The position numbers were made by a program, and so were the translations under genes. DNA of 64,000 bases. Origin: Podarcis vaucheri (lineage: Eukaryota). The stretch lies in NCBI GenBank assembly GCA_965113315.1, contig OZ220369.1, one strand, 5' to 3'. Below the pieces are notes generated by a model. That model made no database searches and was not told the origin of the DNA. It saw nothing but the letters and a program-made list of their open reading frames with translations. Shown here in pieces: positions 59,401 to 64,000 of this stretch (its first letter is position 1; every line of letters begins with the position of its first letter).

Positions 59401-60092
59401 TTTTTAGGCGGTTGGGGGGCAATTAACAGACTTTAGATAAACCTTATAAAGTCCTATCAATGTTTTACTATTAACTTTTCCAGCGGAGAGAGTGACAAGT
59501 AATCTAAAAGAGCTTGCACAACAAGTGGCTCCAGGAGATATTGTGAGCACATATGGCATCCGTAAAGCGATGGGGATTTCAGTTCCTTTACCAGATGCCA
59601 TGGACAGCTTTGTTGACTTAACAGATGGTGAGTAACCACAGTGCATTTCAGCAGGTCCCCATAGATTGGTTGTCCTGGATGTGGTTCATGAGTTGCTCAC
59701 CACATGGAGTAACTGCAGTAAGATATTCTGTAAACTAGCACTTAAGAGGTACTTAACCCACAGAAGAAATAAACAATGAGAAAGTCTGACTTCTGTGTTG
59801 ACCCTATCATGTTGGACTAGTTAGAGCTGGAAGATGTGCCTAAATCTGACTTTGGCACATTTTTGGCTTGACATTTCCCCTTCCCTGCAGTGAGAGCTGC
59901 TTGTTAATTCTGAAGCAGATTCACACCATTGTCTGTCTAAATAGAGAGAAGCTAATATACCTCCACCTGTTTCCTTAGCCAAAACAAGCAAAGTAATAGG
60001 CTGTTAATGCTTTTTCCTCCCCAGAAGCAGAGGAACCTCCAAAAGCTCCTGTTCTCGTTGGAAATGAATGTGAACCAGTTGGTGGTACATGA
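34169..60092 (+). CDS. BRD7: Bromodomain-containing protein 7 (PBAF subunit); 17 coding exons joined, about 1968 nt / 655 aa (653 aa if the distal exon-13 acceptor is used)
   Basis: Spliced translation runs MGKKHKKHRGEKYPYEEYVEKPLKLVLKVGGNEVTELST...KDPNAFFSFPVTDFIAPGYSMIIKRPMDFSTMKEKI...YNKPETIYYKAAKKLL...NYGPFSSYAPAYDSTFANISKDDSDLIYSTYGED...GNECEPVGGT*. All introns are GT-AG and phases are consistent. Exon sizes 49,209,130,58,145,111,179,124,76,108,133,112,63,115,144,144,68 sum to a multiple of 3. Confidence 0.97.
36237..36445 (+). CDS. BRD7: BRD7 exon 2 (EYVEKPLKLVLKVGG...KRKRKGK; basic NLS region)
   Basis: Acceptor tttcctag|, donor AAG|gtagc; within ORF 36224-36478. Confidence 0.95.
37159..37288 (+). 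CDS. BRD7: BRD7 exon 3 (DDKKKRDRDR...SSLAKQE)
   Basis: Acceptor ccacag|, donor AAG|gtaaga. Confidence 0.95.
38234..38291 (+). CDS. BRD7: BRD7 exon 4 (EVEQTPLQEALNQLVRQLQ; start of bromodomain)
   Basis: Acceptor tcctag|, donor AAG|gtgagt. Confidence 0.95.
38394..38437. repeat. (CTTT)n microsatellite
   Basis: Seen directly. Confidence 0.9.
38683..39037 (-). mobile_element. Sauria SINE, near full length, in BRD7 intron 4
   Basis: Reverse-complement head and (ACCTTT)n tail; 12-bp TSD CAGAGGGCATTA. Confidence 0.9.
39407..39859 (-). repeat. 3' LTR
   Basis: Direct repeat of 44526-44978; preceded on the minus strand by the purine tract GGAGGGGAGGTGGA (39860-39873). Confidence 0.97.
39511..43473 (-). 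CDS. pol: Retrotransposon Pol (aspartic protease, RT, RNase H, integrase, chromodomain, acidic/basic tail); probably made as a Gag-Pol -1 frameshift fusion
   Basis: 1320-aa uninterrupted ORF: LLDSGS (PR), LDLRGAY/MPFGL/FLDD (RT), TDASD-ELLAI-TDHKNL-ADALSR (RNase H), HDSPTAGH..CDRC plus IDF/SDRG/E (IN), GPF, chromodomain YHVAEILDSR...YLVMWEG...NTWV. The annotated start is a GTG overlapping the gag TGA. Confidence 0.97.
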   Translation of the reverse strand: MKVPLPQVPVPEAPRPALVIEVSLELQNGHPLKIKALLDSGSSCNFMSKEFAAEHQIQTIPLSNPLQVTTIDGRELLGGGVSLQTVPMIMRVARHTELIAFNVATLGGAPIILGMSWLALHDPLVGWHQRVVSFGSAHCLEHCRAEKGSAGVQATLAGTEVMEKGKVPPQYADLSDVFSEKEADQLPPHRPFDCQINLLPGAQLPVGKLYAMSDREMQELRAFIDKNLKRGFIRESKAAGGSPVFFVDKKNTDKPRLVCDFRALNAVTEPAAFPMPRIDDILTRVRKGKIFTKLDLRGAYNLIRIRKGDEWKTTMFTPLGAFEYLVMPFGLQTGSACFQAFMNHVLGPLLYKNCVAFLDDVLVYSENEEQHVRDVREVLSRLQANGLWVKLEKCQFHTKEVEFLGYRLSDKGLAMDPGKVQAVLEWKTPKTKKDVQRFLGFGNFYRKFIRNFAHLTAPITDCLSSKKKFVWTGEAERAFEELKRAFASDEQLLHVDLQKKLRVETDASDRAIGAVLLLQPGKEGSEWRPCAFFSRKLNKSERNYTVHDRELLAIYEAFRRWRHLLIGAQQKVQVCTDHKNLEYWRTARVLNQRQLRWAQEFSKFNFEICYVPGPENVRADALSRKPEYLEGEGAPEETHVIPEDRWVCGAALVGQRELVEGTVQDEYAQDKLRGLRREGDKPGGFEERNGALYYKGALYIPEGELREKVLKQLHDSPTAGHFGQHKTMWLVTREFWWPKVREDVREYVRGCDRCQRAKGERRAPAGLLEPLPTPERPWEAVAIDFMTDLPRSKGKTAIMVVVDLLTKMAHFIACSHAVTAEETARLFVENVFRLHGAPLRVVSDRGKQFTSRFWRKLMSLLHVEVNFSTARHPETNGQAERANGVLQQYLRCYVNDRENDWVEKLALAEFAYNNAENVSTGMSPFLANHGCHPRAFPGGEGENWSVPAAEQFVEEMEAIHRQLQLNLNRAKEEYKRQADKTRREGESIRVGDQVWLSTQGLPFKGGCKKLRPKRLGPFEVTQQVNPVAFRLRLPNHMKLHPVFHRSLLSPYIGDREGRVNRGPAMEEKEHSYHVAEILDSRWRGEQVEYLVMWEGEPESENTWVRAEDVDDEVLIETFHQRFPRKPQPVARFRREYFATTDDEEELEGFADSEVEEDSASRNEDRWRELFETSEDEEDSFRGFSSSPPRGESRGGGEGGPGGEVDVRELTSEEREVVRLPETGRESTAKAGTSRGSAGSLEEDLSNAERDAAAQAGSSRGEKGVRDTSSENSGEVSEATAGRPILRRKLPRRESRRRVSVKELLCWKRFRRQPLSDSTSD
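43462..43527 (-). other. Putative programmed -1 ribosomal frameshift signal (slippery heptamer plus pseudoknot)
   Basis: G_GUA_AAA in the gag frame, 6-nt spacer, 10-bp stem 1, 7-bp stem 2; pol is in the -1 frame. Confidence 0.8.
43470..44480 (-). CDS. gag: Retrotransposon Gag (336 aa; retrotransposon-gag capsid-like domain plus CCHC zinc knuckle)
   Basis: ORF with FGGDP...QGSRSVREYWTEF...FEEGLSSAVKDEL motifs and CYLCQQPGHFARVC (CX2CX4HX4C). Confidence 0.95.
   Translation of the reverse strand: MSNPVGTGDAGVGAGPSLEERYQALEVQLALQTARLEERRAQDADKKGRTTQFPRKVPGLVQKFGGDPKDYHAFRTEMQYALNVQFDEFPDEESRVAFVIGHLEKGARDWVRPLMATHNDILKDTMKFFRAMDIMFSSDIEEGAVRRQLMACKQGSRSVREYWTEFTMLIHRLGWDLSAAPIQMLFEEGLSSAVKDELARSPRAGSMDQLTKSALTIGARQEARALERREGRGERWKEFRIPDIPEPAFPPAEPMEIGTARARAVSKPSEGAKKEGKGARKCYLCQQPGHFARVCPQRKEWQGMVGAVEGEEQGETEQVKANAWLPAGHCSQAKEQ
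44513..44523 (-). other. Primer-binding site, self-priming type
   Basis: AGTCTGACAGT lies 2 nt after the 5' LTR and is exactly complementary to ACTGTCAGACT in the LTR (44654-44644); no TGG tRNA-type PBS. Confidence 0.8.
44526..44978 (-). repeat. 5' LTR
   Basis: Direct repeat of 39407-39859, no differences seen by eye; upstream of the gag ATG at 44480. Confidence 0.97.
45540..45684 (+). CDS. BRD7: BRD7 exon 5 (bromodomain, RKDPNAFFSFPVTDFIAPGY...IEELK)
   Basis: Acceptor taacag|, donor AAG|gtgctt; in ORF 45382-45747. Confidence 0.96.
47163..47273 (+). CDS. BRD7: BRD7 exon 6 (bromodomain, ENFKLMCTNAMVYNKPETIYYKAAKKLLHSGMKILSQ)
   Basis: Acceptor atacag|, donor CAG|gtaact; conserved YN (acetyl-lysine-binding Asn). 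Confidence 0.96.
48094..48272 (+). CDS. BRD7: BRD7 exon 7 (ERIQSLKQSIDFMADLQK...SKELK)
   Basis: Acceptor ccttag|, donor GAA|gtaatt. Confidence 0.93.
49308..49431 (+). CDS. BRD7: BRD7 exon 8 (KEKELLEEK...GGKLTKRPANAQ)
   Basis: Acceptor ttctag|, donor CAG|gtaaac. Confidence 0.94.
49676..49751 (+). CDS. BRD7: BRD7 exon 9 (CEFERRKPDGTTTLGLLNPAENNTG)
   Basis: Acceptor tttcag|, donor GGG|gtaatg. Confidence 0.94.
50528..50635 (+). CDS. BRD7: BRD7 exon 10 (ELGHGSAKLGVTAGRLQSGVNTLQGFKEDKRNKVTP)
   Basis: Acceptor tggtag|, with an alternative in-frame GAG 6 nt upstream; donor CTG|gtaagt. Confidence 0.92.
50700..51625. mobile_element. Non-autonomous Tc1/mariner element (CCGTA-type TIR) in BRD7 intron 10, with an internal ~155-bp tandem duplication
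   Basis: TA-CCGTACTTTTCTCTCTATAACAC ... GTTATAGAGCGAAAAATACGG-TA; duplicated units start at about 51256 and 51410. Confidence 0.82.
54633..54765 (+). CDS. BRD7: BRD7 exon 11 (VMYLNYGPFSSYAPAYDSTFANISKDDSDLIYSTYGED...)
   Basis: Acceptor cattag|, donor TAA|gtaagt; DUF3512-like region typical of BRD7/BRD9. Confidence 0.94.
55160..55298 (-). mobile_element. Short tRNA-headed SINE with CR1-derived tail
   Basis: Minus strand reads ctcagttggttagag...caggtttgatccctg, then the CR1 3' end gatgatcctcagggtcccttccaactctatgaatctatga. Confidence 0.7.
56111..56222 (+). CDS. BRD7: BRD7 exon 12 (ISEFLAKSQDYPYVMADSLLDVLTQGRHS...ELEK)
   Basis: Acceptor cttcag|, donor AAG|gtgaga. Confidence 0.94.
56925..56987 (+). 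CDS. BRD7: BRD7 exon 13 (LQPAEEAECLCEKSATSKDVE; alternative start 56931)
   Basis: Pyrimidine tract plus ctag|, donor GAG|gtgata; phase 0-0 fits between exons 12 and 14; poorly conserved linker. Confidence 0.75.
57077..57397. mobile_element. Tc1/mariner MITE in BRD7 intron 13
   Basis: TA-CAGTGGTGCCTTGCAAGACG ... CGTCTTGAGAGGCACCACTG-TA. Confidence 0.86.
58098..58212 (+). CDS. BRD7: BRD7 exon 14 (ILETAQPSRFDSS...RAVTNFGMPVEEFDSE)
   Basis: Acceptor ctacag|, donor AAG|gtgagt. Confidence 0.92.
58311..58454 (+). CDS. BRD7: BRD7 exon 15 (EAEVFQKKLDETTKLLRELQDAQNERLS...YKEMQL)
   Basis: Acceptor gaacag|, donor TGG|gtaagt; preceded by a 98-nt intron. Confidence 0.95.
59484..59627 (+). CDS. BRD7: BRD7 exon 16 (AERVTSNLKELAQQVAPGDIVSTYGIRKAMGI...VDLTD)
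   Basis: Acceptor ttccag|, donor ATG|gtgagt. Confidence 0.95.
60025..60092 (+). CDS. BRD7: BRD7 last coding exon (EAEEPPKAPVLVGNECEPVGGT*)
   Basis: Acceptor tttttcctccccag|, in-frame TGA at 60090-60092, followed by AT-rich UTR. Confidence 0.88.
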
Positions 60093-63000
60093 TGCTTCAT
60101 ATGTTAAAAACATAAATGTTTTCAAGTCTTTCCTTTTTTAAAGATTTGTCCCAGTGCATGCATGGGCACTTTGTATACTTGTGTTATATTTGAATTCTTA
60201 GTAAAAACTTTAAAACCAAACCAGTTCTATTTTCCTGACAGATCTAAGAGATGCTTCTTGAATGCAGTGCAGAATGAAGCAAGTTGCAGAGTTTTACATT
60301 CACACAAATCTTGTTACATTAGATGCTGCCTCTATTCTGCAGGCATTATTTGAGTCATACAGGACTGAGGTGACAATGGGCTAGAAAGCCTTAAATTTGA
60401 CATTTAAAATGGTGCACTTATTACAGGAAGTCACATGACGAAGCAAAAGGAAAGCTTATCATGGCCACTGGAAATGGCTGCTGTGGGCAACAATGTTCAA
60501 TTTAAATTGAGTCACCCTAGACAAGTTTTCACATCACATCAGACATAACAGTGCCTTATTGAGTTTGCTCACATTCAGCAGAATCCACCTAGAGATGTAC
60601 ACAGGGCAGCAGCCTTAGACTTGAACAGTTGACTGCTTTCCCTTGAACATACTCCAAAAGCAACTGGCAACATAAGAAAAGAAACTAGCAAAGAGGCCTG
60701 CTTTGGGGTTTGTTTTCCCCCCCTCAGGCAGCACAATGTCTTTCCTTTGTTGACAGTCAAATGGAGGGCAAGGTGCTTCATGTAACATTGCTCTTTCATT
60801 ATAACAGCCTGGGGAAAGTGATCACACAAAGCAAGAATGAAAGATTTACTTTTATGAAACACATTTCTTAAAGAATTTGAAACAATACAAAAGAAGAGCA
60901 ATTAGGCAACAAACGCATCCTAAATTTTTAATCTGGGAAATTTAGAATTAAAACAGAAGGTAGACAAGTTACCTTGACTTGCAGTAGAATGTGAACAGAA
61001 ACAATTAAACATTAATACTTGCATTTCACACTTGAGTTTCTGCTGTTGGCATATGACGTTTGATAACTGATGCCAAACGATGACAAAGAGTTGCAAAGAT
61101 TAAAGGTGGATGCTTTGAACTAAAGCATTCTAACAAATGCACACTAAAGTAAGAACTGAAAGCAGTGTTATCATATTTCACATTAACTTGCTGCTATAAC
61201 AAAATACAATCGTGTAAGTTTCCTTTTTATCCTACCTAGGACTACTCTATCTTGCTACTTTCCAGTGTGACCTACTCTAGACAGCTAAGACTTTCCAAAA
61301 GTCCTAAAAGCCACAGTAGGACTTGACTAGAAGAGTTTTGTTCCTGTCATGAAACATAGGCACTTCAACCTCCGCATAAGTTAATTACACAGTAATTATA
61401 ATGAACACAACAGGGCTGCATCCAGGGCAAAGAATGCCAGAAATCTTTGCACAGTTAGTCACATTCTACTCTGAAAACTTTTTTAAAAATACTAGAGTCA
61501 CAGTCCTCAAGTCTTGGAATGATTTCCATAAACTTCAATTGGATTTCAGTTAAGCTACTCCAGAGAGTGACTTGCAAATTGGAGCAGAGCCAAAGGCATT
61601 CTACAGAATCTCAATCACAGGGAAAAACATACAATTTCAAAATGTTTCATGGTATTCACATTTAAATTTATAGAACACTTCAATGCAAAGCCATTCATTT
61701 TGCTTTCCTAGGATATGCCCAGGTACTAGTCAACACAGTTCAGTTGTGCTCCACATAAAGTCAGACTGCAAGATGTGCACTTACCTGAGAGTAAACCCAC
61801 TGCCCCAGTATGACTTACTTCTGAGTACACATGCATAGCACTGCGCTGCTAAGCATCCCCCCCCCATGGGGCACATAAACAACTCTCTCTTCATTTCACA
61901 TTGTAAACAATTTACACCTTTTCCCCTTGCCTGTAAGACTTAGTGGTTTGTTTCTGGTTCTCCTGTGAAAAGCCTGTCAGACAGAAGTAATTTTCATAAG
62001 ATAAAAAAGTTTCAAGGCTAGCCCCTGGGAATACACCTAATGGCAGGTACAGTGGATTGGATCCCAAAAAATATTGAGCATAAGCTGATGGCCCTGATTT
62101 GCAAACAACTCAGGAGTTTGCCCATTAATAAAACAGGTAGATTCTAGAGCCATTCTTAAGCTCCTGCAACAAGCTGGAAAAGCAAATCTCCATCTTTTGC
62201 AATTTAGTTTCTTCTTGTACAAGGCTCTACTGAAACCTGTACCTTCTGCATCTTTGGATCCAATCCTGTATCATTTAAGCAGACTAAATGAGTTCTACCT
62301 GAAAAATTATTTTGTTCAGAAGCCAGCTTTCTGTGCTTTCCCTACTCCCAATTAGCATGCCTCACACAGATCTTGCATGGTGGCTGGTAACAACACACTG
62401 CTGTGAGGTGTTTCCAAAATGAGTTCTGAAACCCATAGTATTTCTCCTTCACCTAGTTAGTTATATAGGTTGGTATTCAGGGGTCAATTTTGGAGTTGCC
62501 TTATGCTGACTTAGTTTGTGCTAAATATCACTGAAGCTAGAAAGAAATACTCTACAGACAACAGGAGAAAGAATAATAATTAACAAATAGGTCCCCCCCT
62601 CTCAAATTGTCTAATGGGACTGGAGCAAGCAAAAACCCATGGCATAGCAAAAGGTGGTAGACATACGAAGTTCAAGTCTGGCTCAGGGTGGACATTGTAT
62701 TTGGTTGTGCCCTCTCTGTCCATTTTTATCATAAAAATGTGGAAACAGGTGGCAGCCTCTTGCCAATGATGAAATCTAGCAATACAATAGTTTGGGAGGG
62801 AGGGAGAGGTTCACTAACTGTACAAAATTTGCACTGTAGCTGCCAATGTGCTGCCCTATGGTTTGTTACGCCCACAAGAGAGATCTGTATCCCCAGAAAC
62901 TATACTTCTTTTTATCAGACGAATTAAGGAAGACACTGGAAGTTTCTCTGTGCCGTATTTTAAGAGTGTGTATCACCCAATTCTGCCTGCCTTACAGCAC

Positions 63001-64000
63001 TGCCATGCCAGCAGTGAAAACTATTTGAAGCTACTCACAATTATAGGAGCAGGGTTACCAAGTGCAAGAATCTGGATTTTTACACGCACACTCACACTGC
63101 TGATGTTAAGCATGTTGCTGTGGGGCACTAATAGCTGCTGAAACAAAAAGCACCTGGTGAAGTGCAAAAAACATTACAGCACAAGCAAAAGGTGTACGAG
63201 GAGAAGCCACCCACACATTTCCACCCAGAGTGGAAAGCACATTCAAGAACCAAGGCCAAGAATGTTTCCAGACCCAGGTAACAGAATCCAGAAAAAAATA
63301 AGCCATGTGAGCAAAAAATAAGCAAGTTCCTCACATCACTTGTCTTCTGCTCCAGTAGAGAATAGCACAGGCATAAGCAAAACAGATGTGTATGATATAT
63401 CCGGGTATGGTTTAGCAGCAGAACAGGATTACCACCACAGAAATGTTTATAAGGACCGGGTTGTGGTTGTAGAGAAGAATACTGGCAGTGCAACAGTTCC
63501 TGGTACTGAAATCCAGTTCTAGAGCAGAGCTGCAGCTCAAAGTCAGGTGGGAGGGTGGGGGAAGCACAACCAAATGATAAGAGCACAAGCTTTGTGTACA
63601 GTTGATCCCAGAGTCAACCCCTGACATCTCCAGTTAAAAAGTTCTCAGGCAGAGGAGTCTTTGGTCCCATTGCCTTATGTAATAAGACTGCTGCAAACTC
63701 AAGGCGGTGCTGTGGCCATGGACAAGTGCAATACTGTTAAAACCAGGTCTGAAAGGATGAGGCAGTGGAATGTTTTAACGAGGCAATTCGTTCAACTGTG
63801 AATCCATGAAAAAGGTGCAGAAGTGGAGCTCTGTCCTGTGGCTGCATGGCAGGGAAAGGAGAGAATAATCTGCAACATGGACACCTGCAAACTCTTTTGA
63901 CAGGCACAGCTGTAAAGAGCTTTTCCACAATCCTTTCCTCTTGAGATACAAGTACTACCACTTCTAGTCCGCACTCGTTTTTGTCATAAGCTCCTTTCCA

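Overview
Vertebrate genomic DNA from a squamate reptile, most likely a lacertid lizard, judged from Sauria SINEs, a BovB-type RTE LINE, Squam3-like SINEs and CR1/L2 remnants. The window holds one complete host gene, BRD7: + strand, 17 coding exons from ATG 34169 to TGA 60092, about 655 aa, all introns GT-AG, with a CpG-island promoter. BRD7 intron 4 carries a young, intact 5572-bp Ty3/Gypsy chromovirus of the Tf1/sushi type in antisense (39407-44978), with apparently identical 453-bp LTRs and a CATAC target-site duplication (TSD). Read closely, this element shows four notable features. (i) It has no tRNA primer site but an exact 11-nt LTR/PBS complement, the Tf1-style self-priming signature. 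(ii) It has a G_GUA_AAA slippery site plus an H-type pseudoknot for -1 gag-pol frameshifting. (iii) Its pol ORF runs 349 nt into the 3' LTR. (iv) Two tandem helix-acidic-(F/L)xGF motifs follow the chromodomain and resemble LEDGF-IBD/TND-binding motifs, a candidate host-tethering system for integration into transcribed genes. The first 33 kb is non-coding: transposon remnants, MITEs, a solo LTR, and unique blocks with TCF/LEF sites that may be enhancers. NKD1 is the upstream neighbour in human, so it is the inferred target. The last 4 kb looks like UTR sequence. All coordinates were read by eye and no database searches were run.
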